Positions 48,141 through 64,000 of a stretch of 64,000 bases of DNA are shown one piece after another. Location of the stretch: the NCBI RefSeq assembly GCF_009914755.1, contig NC_060936.1; one strand, 5' to 3'. Origin of the DNA: the human T2T-CHM13v2.0 reference genome, Homo sapiens. The notes beneath the pieces are model-generated. The model had not been told where the DNA came from. It saw only the letters and a program-made list of their open reading frames with translations, and did no database searches. Position 1 is the first letter of the stretch, and each line of letters begins with the position of its first letter. A program made the translations under genes and the position numbers.

Positions 48141-51009
48141 TTATTTATTTATTTATTTTTTAATTTATTCTTATTTTTTTAACCTCCAGAATACATGTGC
48201 AGAACATGCAGGTTTTTTACATAGGTATATGCATGTTATGGTGGTTTGCTGCACCTATCAACCTGTCATCTAGGTTTTAAGCCCCACATTCCCCACATGC
48301 ATTAGCTATTTGTCCTGATGCTCTCCCTTCCCTACTCCCCCCACCCGGGACCCAGTGTGTGTTGATCCCCTCCCTGCATCCATGTGTTCTCACTGTTGAA
48401 CTCCCACTTATAAGTGAGAACATGCAGTATTTGGTTTTCTGTTCCTGTGTTAGTTTGCTGAGGATGATGGCTCCCAGTTTTATCCATGGTGTGCGAAGGA
48501 CATGATCTCATTCCTTTTTATGGCTGCCTAGTATTCCATGATGTATATGTATCACATGTTCTTTATCCAGTCTATCATTGATGAGCATTTGGGTTGGTTC
48601 CATGTCTTTGCTATTGTAAATAGTGCTGCAATAAATAGACATGTGCATGTATCTTTATAGTAGAATGCTTTATATTCCTTTGGGCATATCCACAGTAATG
48701 AGATTGCCAATTGTCAAATTGCCATTGTCAAATGGTATTTCTGGTTCTAGGTCCTTGAGGAATCACCACACTGTCTTCCGTGATGGTTGAAGTAATTTAC
48801 ATTCCCTCCAACAGTATAAAAGCTTTTCTGTTTCTCCACAGCCTTGCCAGCATCTGTTGTTTCTTGACTTTTTAATAATTGCCATTCTGACTGGCGTGAG
48901 ATGGTATCACATTGTGGTTTTGATTTGCATTTCTCTAGCCATCAATGATGTTGAGCATTTTTTCATATGTTTGTTATCCACATGGATGTCTTTTTTTTAA
49001 GAAGTGTCTGTTCATGTATTTTGCCCAATTTTTGGTGGGGTTGTTTGTTTTTTCTTGTAAATTTGTTTAAGTTCCTTGTAGATTCTGGATGTTAGACCTT
49101 CATCAGATGGGTAGATTTCAAAAATTTTCTCCCATTCTGTAGTTTGCCTGTTTTCTCTGATGATAGTTTCTTTGCTGTGCTGAAGCTCTTTAGTTTAAGA
49201 TGAAAGAGGGCATCCTCATCTTGTGTTGGTTTTCACAGGGAATGGTTCCACCTTTTGCCCATGCAGTATGGTATTGGCTGCCATAAATATCTCTTACTAT
49301 TTTGAGATGTTTCGTCAATACCTAGTTTACTGAGAGTTTTTACCATGAAGGGATGTTGAATTTTATCAAAGACCTTTTCTACATCTATTGAGATAGTCAT
49401 GTGTTTTTTATCATTGGTTCTGTTTATGAGATGAATTACGATTAGCAATTTGCATATGTTGAACCAGCCTTGCCTCCCATGGAGAAAGCTGATTTGATTG
49501 TGGTGAATAAGCTTTTTGATGTGCTGCTGGATTTGGTTTGCCAGTATTTTATAGAGGATTTTCACATTGATGTTGATCAGGGATATTGGCTTGAGGTTAT
49601 TGTTTTTTGTTGTGTCTTTGCCAGGTTTAGGTACCAGGATGATGTTGGCCTCATAAAATGAATTAGGGAAGAGTCCATCCTTTTCGATTGTTTGAAATAG
49701 TTTCTGAAGGAATGGTACTAGCTCCTCTTTGTACCTCTGGTAGAATTGGCTGTGAATCCATCTGGTCCTGGGCTTTTTTTGTTGGTAGGCTATTTATCAT
49801 TTCCTAAATTTCAGAACTTGTTATTTGTCTATTCAGGGATTCAACTTTTTTTCTGGTCTAGTCTTCAACTTTTTTTCTGGGCTATAAGGATGTATGTTTG
49901 CAGGAATTTATCCATTTCTTCTAGATTTTTCTAGTTTATTTGTGTAGAGTTGTTTATAGTATTCTCTGATGGTAGTTGGTATTTCTGTGTGGTCAGTGGT
50001 GATATCCCCTTTATCAGTTTTTGTGTCTATTTGATTCTTCTCTCTTTTCTTCTTTACTATTCTAGCTAGCAGTCTATTTTATATTTTTTTCAAAAAACTA
50101 GCTCCTGGATTCATTATTTTTTGAAAAGTTTTTTGTGTCTCTATCTCCTTCAGTTCACTTCTGATCTTAATTATTTCTTCTCTTCTGCTAGCTTTTGGAT
50201 TTGTTTGTTCTTGCTTCTTTAGTTTTTTAAATTGTAATGTCAGGGTGTTAATTTGAGATCTTTCTAGCTTTCTGATGTGGACATTTAATGTTATAAATTT
50301 CTCTCGTAATACTGCTTTAGCTGCATCCCCAGAGATCCTGGTGCATTGTCTGTTTCATTTGTTTCAAATAATTTCTCGATTTCTGCCTTGATTTCATTAT
50401 TTACCCAGGACTCATTCAAGAGCAGGTTGTTCAATTTTCATGTAGTTTTGTGGTTTTTAGTGAGTTTCTTAATCCTGAGTTCTAATTTAATTGCACTGTG
50501 GTCTGAGAGACTGTTTGTTGTAATTTCAGTTCTTTTGCATTTGCTGAGGAGTGTTTCACTTCCAATTATGTGGTCAATGTTAGAGTAGGTGCCATGTGGC
50601 ACTGAACAAATGTATATTCTGTTGTTTGAAGGTGGAGAGTTCTGTAGATATCTTTTAGGTCCACTTGATCCAGAGCTGAGTTCAAGTTTTGGATATCCTT
50701 GTAAATTTTCTGTCTTGTTGATTTGTCTAATATTGACAGTGGGGTGTTAAAGTCTCCCACCTTTAATTGCGTGGGAGTATAACTCTCTGTGTAGGTCTCT
50801 AAGAACTTGTTCTATAGATCTGAGTGCTCCTGGATTGTATGCATATATATTTATGATAGTTAGCTCTTCTTGTTGCATTGATCCCTTTACCATTATGTAA
50901 TGTGATTCTTTGTCTTTTTTATCTTTGTTGGTTTAAAGTTTGTTTTGTCAGAGAGTAGGATTGCAACCCCTGCTTTTTTCTGCTTTCCATTTCCTTGGTA
51001 AATATTCTT

Positions 51010-53574
<2,565 letters not shown>

Positions 53575-55914
53575 CCATTTCCTTGGTAAATATTCTTCCA
53601 TGTCTTTACTTTGAGCCTGTGTGTGTCTTTGTGCGTGGGATGGATCTCTTGAATACAGTATACCAATAGGTCTTGACTCTATCCACTTTGCCAGTCTGTG
53701 TCTTTTAATTGGGGCATTTAGCCCATTTACGTTTATGGTTAATATTGTTATGTGTGAATCTGATCCTGTCATCTTGAGGCTAGCTTGTTATTTTGCACAC
53801 TTGTTCATGCCGTTTTTTCCATAGTGTCATTTGCCTTTATATTTTCATGTGTTTTTCAGTGGCTGGTACTGTTTATTCCTCTCCATATTTAGTGCTTCCT
53901 TCAGGAGCTCTACAAGGTAGACTTGTTTATGATGAATTCCTTCAGCATTTGCTTTTTTGAAAAGGATTTTATTTCTCCTTCATTTATGAAGCTTAGTTTG
54001 GCTGGATATGAAATTCTGGGTTGAAAATTTCTTCTTTAAGAGTGTTAAATATTGGCCCTCACTCTCTTCTGGCTTGTAGGGTTTCTGCTGAGAGATGTGC
54101 TGTTAGTCTGATGAGCTTCTTTTTGTAGGTGACCTGGTCTTTCTCTCTGGCTGCCCTTAACATTTTTTTTCCTTCATTTTAACCTTAGTGAATCTGATGA
54201 TTATGTGTCTTGGAATTGATATTCTCGTGGAGTATCTTAGTGGTGTTTTCTGTATTTTTTTAATTTGAATATTGGCCTGCCTTGCTAGGTTAGGTAAGTT
54301 CTTCTGGATAATATCATGAAATGTGTTTCTCAACTTGGTTCTATTCTCTCCATTTCCTTCAGGTACTACAATGAGTCATAGCATAGGTTCAGTCTTTTTA
54401 CAGAGTTCCATATTGCTCAGAGGTTTTGTTTGTTCCTTTTCATTCTTCTTCCTCTAGTCTTTTCTGCCTGACTTATTTCAGAAAGATGATCTTCAAACTC
54501 TAATATCCATTCTTCTGCTTGATTGATTCAGCTATTGATAGTTATACATGCTTCACTAAGTTTTCATGCTGTGTTTTTCAGCTCCACCAGGTCATTTGCG
54601 TTCCTCTCTAAACTGGTTGTTCTACTTAGCAGCACCTCTAACCTTTTATCAAAGTTCTTAGGTTCTTTGTTCTGGGTTAGAACATGTTCCTTTACCTCAG
54701 CAAAGTTTTTTATTACCCACCTTGTGAAGCCTACTTCTGTCAATTTGTCTGTCTCATCCTCTGTCCTGTTTTGCACCCTTGCTGGAGAGGTGTTATCATC
54801 ATTTGGAGGAGAAGAGGCACTCTGGCCTTTTGTGTTTTCAACATTTTTTTATTATTGATTCTTTCTTGTGTTTATGAGTTTGTCTAGTTTCAATCTTTGA
54901 GGCTGATGACTCTTTGATGAGGTTTTTGTGGGGACTTTTTTTTTGATGCTGCTGTTGTTGCTTTCTGTTTGTTTGTTTTTATTTCAGTAGTCAGATCCCT
55001 CTTCTGTAGGGCTGCTGCAGTTTGCTGGGGGTTCACTTCAGGCCCTATTCATCTGGTTCACTCCCGTGCCTGTAGATGTCTCTTGAGGAGGCTGGAGAAC
55101 AGCAAAGATGGGTGCCTGCTTCTTCCTCTATGATCTCTGACCTCGAGGGGCATTGACCTGATGTCAGTAGTGACACTACTGCATAGGATGTCTGACAACC
55201 CCTGTTGGGGGGATCTCACACAGTTGGGTGGCATGGGAAGCAGGACCCATTCAATAAAGCACTTTGGCTGTTCATTGGTGGAGGGGGTGTGCTGTGCTGT
55301 GGGGAAAATCCACTCTTTTGGGCTCCCCAGATTCCTCAGAGCTAGCAGGAGGAAAGACTAAGTCTGCTGGTCCATGGAGACTATGGCCTTCCTTCTCCCA
55401 AGGGGCTCAGGCCCAGGGAAATCTGAGTTCTGTCCCTGAGCTCCTGGCTGGAGTTGGGGTTCCTTCAGGGAGGCCCTGCAGTTCCAATGTTGGCTCTCAT
55501 CCCTTCCCCTGGGAACTCGGCAGGCTTAGGCCAATTCTACCCAAGCGAAAATCTGTGCAGCTCTGTGGTTAGGACTCAAGGCCCCAGTGGTGTGGGCTCA
55601 TGAGTGGGAGCTTCCAATCCATGGGTTGCACAGTTCCATGAAAAAAGCATGGTTTTCCAGGCTGAGTAGCATGCTCACTCACTGCCTCTCTTGGCTGGGG
55701 GTGGGGGCTCCCCTGCCCTGTGTAGCTCTCAGGTAAGCCACAGCACTACACTGTTCTTCCTTCCTCTCCGTGGTTCACACTAGCTGCCTAGTCATCCTAA
55801 TGACAGAACCTGGATACTTTGGTTACCAGTGCAGGATTTGCACACTGTTTTGGAACTTTTCGATGGGAACCTCTGATCACTGCTGCTTCTATTCAGCCAT
55901 CTTCACCCCATTCC

Positions 55915-56170
55915 CAGGCCTTCTTTATTTTTTAAGGCTATGAGATATTCCATCATATGTATATACCATATTTTCTTTTTCCATTGATCATCAGTAGAAA
56001 TTTAAGTTGTTTTCATATCTTATTATTGTGAATAATTCTGCAATGAACATAGGAGAGAAGATATTTCTTTGAGATCCTGACTTCAATTATTTTGGATATA
56101 CACCCAGAAGTAGCATTGCTGGATCCTAAGTTACTTCTATTCTTAATTTTTTGAGGAAGCTCCACTGTAT
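55915..56170 (-). mobile_element. L1MA 3' region
   Basis: gcaatgaacataggag...tctttgagatcctgacttcaattattttggatatacacccagaagt. Confidence 0.8.
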
Positions 56171-56916
<746 letters not shown>

Positions 56917-56918
56917 CC

Positions 56919-57034
56919 ACTATTATTCTAAGTGAAGTAACTCAGTAATGGAAAACAAAACATCGTATGTTCTCACTCATATGTGGGAACTAAGCTATGA
57001 GGACACAAAGGCATAATAATGATACATTGGACTT
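56919..57034 (+). mobile_element. L1PB-like 3' fragment
   Basis: actattattctaagtgaagtaactcag...taagctatgaggacacaaaggcataataatgatacattggactt. Confidence 0.8.
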
Positions 57035-58099
57035 TATTGCCTAGGTTTTCTTCTAGGGTTTTTATAAACAAATGAAAATATTATGTACCAAGAAGAAGAG
57101 AATATTTTGAAATTGTACATTTTCTATTGCCTAAGATTTATGCAGACACTATTTGCAGTATTTTTTTACAAAATGAATGACTTTATTTTAATGAGAAAAT
57201 TATATTACTTCCTAAAAATGAAATACAATGCTTGGGGCTTAGTCTTTATAGCTGGTGTAAAAATAAAATGTTCCTGAAAAATAATTTAAGTTATAAAGAA
57301 TTATGCAAATTTAAATAATTCAGAGCTGTTACATCCAAATTATGGGAAGACAGATGAATAATAGAAAATTCTTGTGGAAGTGCATAAACCTAAATCCCCT
57401 CCCTGCACTTCCTATATTCTACTGGAGCCATAGGAACTGTGGTAAGCCACTGGGAAAAACTGGAAGAAACTCATGATAGTGCCACAATTGGGACCTTTTA
57501 AATAATAAACATTGGTGTGGGAGCAACTATGTGTAAGAGATGTTGGGGTGCAGAAGGAAGTAACAAACCATTCTTAAGATGGATGAAGACTTAGAATGAA
57601 ACTATGTGAGTAAATCACTGATCTTGCAATTAGAAATGGGGCTTGGAGAAATTATCCAGATAATTTTGGATATTATTTAGACATTATAATAATTATTTAC
57701 TTACTATATGTTAATGTCCATGAATTGGACTGGGCTGCCACTACTATATTATTCATGTAATTCTACACTATTCCTGTTAATACTGGCAGTATTGGAAAGT
57801 GTAGTAGTTTGTGCTGAGAAGCCTTCCTTTCTTCTTATTTCTGAATATAATGTTGTTCCCTATAAACCACAACCCCAAGGTCAGACTTTCTCGAGCTGAA
57901 TTTTATAAAACTGGAGAACAATGAGAACTTGAGAACTCATCATCTACTACTACTTGTCAATACAAAACTACCCATGAGATTTCAACAGGCATACCCATCT
58001 GAGATCTGAGATGCCACATGAGACTTCAATAGGTAAAGAACAATACAATCCATTTACAAAGTGGGGCAAGAAACTTTTGCTTATGTCAAGAAACACAGA

Positions 58100-58318
58100 C
58101 TCTACAGCCTGATATACAGGTTTTATTTCATTCTATACAATTAATTAACCTATGAGCTTTGGAAAATTACTTAATATGTTAGTATTTTATTTTTTAACAT
58201 GTAAAATATAAATTGCAATATATACTTGATGGATCATACTTTGAAAATTCAATGAAATAGTTTATGTATTAAGCCCTTAGAGAAATAAGTACATAAAAAA
58301 TATATGTGTTAGCTATGG
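58100..58318 (+). mobile_element. MIR
   Basis: ctttggaaaattacttaat...catgtaaaatat...aattcaatgaaatag...gttagctat. Confidence 0.55.
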
Positions 58319-58519
58319 TGATATCCTAGCAAGACATTTGAATTATAATTTTTTTAAGCCAAGGCCTCTAAATGGAAATGATAAAATACATTCAGGAAAG
58401 GGGAGTAGGATATCATCAGACTTATCATAAGCAATATTGAATATATATTAAAAATAAGATTAGACTATTGAAAAAAGATTGGAAATATAAATAAGATACA
58501 TTATTTAATCATTTGAGTA

Positions 58520-61500
58520 ACATGGCAGAATAAGGGGCTCTTGACTACCCCTCCTGCTGCAATCACATCAATAAACACCTACAAATGGATCAGTACTCTC
58601 TAGAGAAAGCCAAAATCCAGTTGAAATTTTTTTAGTCACCCAGCCTCCTACACACTGGATGACTAAAAAAATATCCACATAAGAAGGATAGAAAAGGTGG
58701 AGATACACCTATGCACTAACGTCACCCTGAGCACAGAGCTTTATACTCCACTCAGAAAGAACACTCCACTTTGAGACTTCTTCCTGAGGGGTAAGGGGCT
58801 TATATTTCACTGATAGTGTACAAGTTTTACAGTCCTTTCCAGAAAGTTTGGCTCTTTAATTATTGTGCATAAAAAAAAACTTTCTGGCTTTTTTTTATGA
58901 GGATCATAAAAAAAAGTAAAGACAGGCTAAGAAACTTATGGGACACCATCAAATGGAATAATGTACACATTATCAGAGTACCAGAAGCAGATAGAAAGAG
59001 AAAGAAACAGAAAATATATTCAAAGAAATAATAGAAGAAAACTTCCCAAATTTGGAGAAAGAATTAGAAATGCATATCCAGAAAGCTGAACATACACCTA
59101 ATAGGATGAATCTAAAGAGATCTACACCAAGACACATTATTATCAAATTGTCAAAAATTTAAGACAAAAAAAGGAATATTAAAAACTTCAAGGGGAGGGA
59201 AACACGTTACAAACAAGGGAACCATAAATCTATCTGCAGATTTTGCAACAGAAACTTAACAGGCCAGAGGTAGTGGCATAATATATTCAAAAAGATGAAA
59301 AAAAAAAACTGTAAATCTAGAATACTATACCCGGCAATCACATCCTCCAACAGTGAAAGACAGATAAAAACTTTCCCAGACAAAAAAAAAGTTGAGAGAA
59401 CTTATAACCATACTTATCTTACAAGAGTGCTGGAAGAGTCTTCAAAGTGAAGAAAAATATCACTAAAGAGCAACAGGAAAATGTACAAAAATGTAAAACT
59501 CACTGGTAAAAGAAGTATATAGTAAAACTCAAAACACTTGTAATGGTGTGTGAAAATTATATCTTCAGCATACAATTAAAAATAAAACTATTAAAAACAA
59601 CTATAGCTACAATAATTTGCTAAGGGCCAGAAACTATAGAAAATAAATAAATATGTCATCAAAAACAAATTGTTGTGTGGGGAGTAAAAGTGCAGTTTTT
59701 GCAAGTGATTAAAGTTAAGTAGTTATCAACTTAAATCACTATTATTAGTATAAGATGTTATATGTAACTCTCATGGTAATCATAGAGCAAAAACCCTTAG
59801 AAGGTACGTAAAAGATAGAAAGAAAAAAATCAAAGCATACCAGTACAGAAAATCATCAAACCGCAAAGGAAAACAGGAAGAGAGAAAGAAAGGAACAAAG
59901 GATCTATAAATTAACCAGAAAACAATTAACAAAATGATCATAGTAGGTCTTTACCTATCAATACTTACTTTAAATGTAAACAGATTAAATTATTCAATCA
60001 GAAAACTTTGAATGACTAAATGAATAAAAAAGAAAGACTCAACCCTATGATGTCTACAAGAGATGCACTTTACCTCTAAGGACACACATAGACTAAAATA
60101 ATGGGATGGAAAAATATATTCTATGTGTATCATTCAGGGTTCTCCGGAGGGACAGAACTAACAGAATATATGTACATATGAAAGGGAGTTTATTAGTGAG
60201 AACTGGCTCACATGATCACAAGGTGAAGTCCCAGGATAGACGTTCTGCAAGCTGGAGAAGAAAGAAGCCAGTAGTGGCTCAGCCTGAGTCCAAAAGCCTC
60301 AAAAGCAGCGAAGCTGACAGCGCAGCCTTCAGTCTGTGGCTGAAGGCTCAAGAGCCCCCAGAAAACCACTGGTGCAAGTCCAAGAGTCCAAAGGCTAAGT
60401 AACCTGATATAATGTCCAAGGGTAGGAGGAATGTAGGGAAACATACAGCCATTCCACCTTCTACTGTCTGTTTTGTGCTAGCCACACTGGCAGCTGATTG
60501 GATAGTACCCACCACATCGATGGTGGGTCTTCCTCTACTAGTCCACTGACTCAATTATCAGTCTCCTCTGGCAACACCCTCACAGACACACCCAGTGACA
60601 ATGCTTTACCAGCTATCTAGGCATCCTGCAATCCAATCAAGTTGACACTTAATATTAATCATCACACTGTACAAGTTGAAACCAAAGAGAATGGGGGTAG
60701 CTATACTTATATAAGGCAAATAAACTTTATTTCAAAAACTGTGAAAAGAGACAAAACGTCATTATTTAATAATAAAGAGATTAATCAAGTAGTTTTAAAA
60801 AATAGCAAGCATGTATGAACCTAACATAGGAGAATCCAAATATATAAAGCAAACATTAATAGATCTAAAGGAGAGCTAGACTGCAATACATTATAGTTGG
60901 GAACTTCAACACTCCATTTTCAACACTGAAAAGATCACCTAGATAGAAAGCTCACAAGAAAACATTAAATTTCATCTGCACGTTACACCAAATGAATCTA
61001 ACAGGCATTTAAAGAGCAATCCACCCAATAATGATAGAATTGCTTGGACAATGCAATTATTCTCAAGGGCATGCACAGCATTCTCCAGGATAGATAATAC
61101 GTTAGACTACAAGACAAGTCTTAAAATATTTAAGCAGTTTAAAATTATATCAAGTGTCTTTTCTGATTGTGAGGCCATGAAACTAGAAATCAATAATAGA
61201 AGGAATTTTGAAAAGCTCACAAATATACGGAAATTAAACAGGTATAACTAATGGATCAAAGCAAAAATTATGAGGAGAATTTTAAAAATATTCTGACCAC
61301 AAACAATGATAAAACAATAATATACCAAAACTTATGAAATGCGGCAAAAGCGATTCTGAGGTTATATCAGTGAATATTTAGATTAAACAATAAGAAAGAT
61401 CTCATATAAACAACCTAATGTTATACCTCACAGAATTAACAAATAAAATAACATAGGCCTACATTTAGCAGAAAAAAGAAAATTACAATGATAGGGTTAT

Positions 61501-64000
61501 AAATAAACAAAATAGAGATTAGAAAAGCAGTAAATCTATAACATGGTTTTTAAAAAAACAGAAGCAAAATCAACAACATTTGTTGGACTAACAAAGTAAA
61601 AAAGAGACAAGGTGCAATAAAAACAAGAAACAAAAGAGGGGACATTACAACTGATACCACAAAAATACAAAGGATCATAAAAGAATATTATAAGCGACTG
61701 TACAGTAACAAATTGGGTAATAGAAAAGAAATTCATAAATTCCTAGAAACATGCAACTCACCAAGATTAAATCAGTAATAAACAGAAAATCCGAACAGAC
61801 CTATGAACAGTAATGAGATCGAATCAGTAGTAGAAAGTCTCTGATCAAAGAAAAGCCCAAGATCTGATAACTTCACTGCTGAATTCTGCCAAACATTTAA
61901 ATAACTAATACCCATTCTTCTCAAACCCTTCTAAAATAATAAAGAGGAGGAAATACTTCCACTCTTTTTATGAAGCCAGACTTATCTTGAGATCAAAGCC
62001 AGACAAGGACACTACAAGAGAATAAAACTACATGCCAATATTCCTAAAGAATATAGATTTAAAAATCCTCAGTAAAATGCTGGTTAACTGATTTCAACAG
62101 CACATTAAAAAGATCATTCGCCACAATCAAGTGGTATTTATCCCAGGGATGTGAAGATAGTTCAACACACATAAATCTATAAATGGGATTCACTATATTA
62201 ATATGAAGGGTGAAAGTCATGTGATTATATAGATGCAAAAAAGTATTTGAAGAAATTCAACAATCCTTCATGATAAAAAAACCTTTCAATGAACTAGATA
62301 TAGAAAAGGTACATACATAGACTGGATTTCAACACAATAAAGGCCATATAAGACAAGCCTGAAGCTAACATCATACTGAACAGTGAAAAGTGGAAAACTT
62401 TTCCTGTAAGATTAGAAACAAGAAAAGGATGCCCACTTTCCCCACTTTAATTCAACATAGTACTAGAAGTGCTAACCAGAACAATTAGGCAAGAAAAATA
62501 AATTAAAAATAATTATACAGGAAAGGAAGAAGTAATATTTTCTTTGCTGAGTGATAACATGATCTTATACATAGAAAAGCTGGAAGACTCCCCAAAATAC
62601 TGCTATAAATGATTTTTAAAATCAGTAAAGTTTCAGGTGACTAAATCAACTTACAAAAGTCAGTAGAATTTTTATACAGTAAGAATATACTATTCAGAAA
62701 AGAAATTAATAAAACAACCTCATTTTCATAGCTTCAAACATATTTAATATTATAGTAAAATTAGCCAAGAAAGTGAAAGATCTGTCCAGTGAAAACTATA
62801 AAATATTCATAAAAGAAATAAAAGAAGACACGAATAAATGACAGACATGCCATATTTCATGGACCAAAATAATATTGTTAAAATGTCCATACTACAAACA
62901 GATCTATAGATTCAATTCAATATCTGTCAGTATGCTAATGTCACTTTTTACAGATAGAGGAAACAATTCTAAAATTTGTGTGGAACTAGAAGCCAATCCA
63001 AATAGCCAAAGCAATCTTGAGCAAAAAGAACAAAGCTGGAGGCATCATAATTCCTGATTACAAAATGTATTATGAAGCTATAGACATCAAACTCTCATGG
63101 TACTTGCATAAGAGTAGATACATCAACCAAAGAAAAAAGATAAAACCCTCAGAAATAAACCCTAGTATTTATGGTTAATTGATTTTTGACAAATGTGTCA
63201 ACACATGATGACGAAAGTTTATTCAGTACATAATGTTAAGAAAATTGGATATCCATATCAGAAGAATGAAATTGAACCCTTATCTCACACCATACACAAA
63301 AATCAACTCAAAATAAGTAAAAACCTTCAATGTGAGACTTGAAACTGTAAGCTACTAGGAGAAACATAGGAGAAAAGTTCCATGTCATTGATCTGGGCAA
63401 TTATTTTTTGGATGGGACTCTAAAAGCACTAGCAACAGAAGCAAAAATAAAGTGGGATTACATCAAACTTAAAAGCTTCTGCATAGCTAAGGAAGCAATC
63501 AATAAAACAAAAAGACAACCTATGAAACAGGAGAAAATATTTGCAAACCCCTTACATTAGAACCCATATATCTGAAGAGGGTCTAATATCAAAAATATAT
63601 AAATAACTCAAACAACTCAATAGCAAGAAAACAAATAACCTGATTGAAAAATGGGCCAAAGATCTGAAAAGACATTACTCAAAAGAAAAGATATAAATGG
63701 CTAGCAGATATATGAAAAAAAGTTCATCTGTAATTTTCAGAAAATGCAAATTAAAACCACAACATGAGAGCACTTCACACTTGTTAGAATGGCCATTATC
63801 AAAACAAAACAAACAAACAAACAAAACAGGGAAAACAAATGTTAGCAAGAATGTGGAGAAAAGGAAACCTATGTGTGTTTTTGGTCTGATAAATTAGTAA
63901 AGCCATTTGGTGCAGCTGCTATGGAAAACAGTATGAGGGATCCTCAGAAAACTAAAAATAGAATTACCATATGACCCAGCAATTCCACTTCTGGCTATAT
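58520..64000 (+). mobile_element. Large old L1M/L1MA element (5' UTR piece, partial ORF1, ORF2), running off the window end
   Basis: aacatggcagaataagg start; ORF1 motifs gaaaacttcccaaatttg and caagacacattattatcaaattgtc; ORF2 from ~59935 onward, degraded. Confidence 0.85.
60126..60666 (-). mobile_element. MLT2A (MLT2A2-like) HERV-L solo LTR inserted in L1 ORF2
   Basis: tgtatcattcagggttctcc...caatccaatcaagttgacacttaatattaatcatcaca; 541 bp; L1 sequence resumes in register. Confidence 0.88.

Noticed and set aside
49190-49215. Second spliced-L1 junction
   Set aside because: The deleted segment is not bounded by GT...AG on the L1 sense strand

Overview
This is primate (human or great-ape) gene-poor, AT-rich DNA, roughly 60% LINE-1 by my hand tally. 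It also holds four Alus, a two-LTR THE1C-like MaLR provirus, several solo MaLR/ERVL LTRs, a decayed ERVL pol fragment, a MER75 piggyBac element, MIR/L2 relics and microsatellites. I found no host protein-coding gene, RNA gene or CRISPR array, and every L1 ORF is broken. I cannot support a previously undescribed biological system here. What the window does hold is a dense record of unusual retrotransposition and repair events: (1) an L1PA2/3 copied from spliced RNA (SpIRE97/622 junction at 41442/41443); (2) an L1PA3 carrying both a twin-priming inversion and a ~300-bp non-repeat 3' transduction inside a 23-bp direct repeat; (3) two tail-to-tail L1PA10-like copies sharing apparently private variants; (4) a ~600-bp AT tract bracketed by inverted repeats and duplicated flanks (PATRR-like); (5) an old-in-young templated insert and an in-register L1MA/L1PA chimera; (6) a probable de novo DUX4 motif in the THE1 5' LTR. 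Subfamily names come from remembered consensus motifs and need RepeatMasker/Dfam confirmation.
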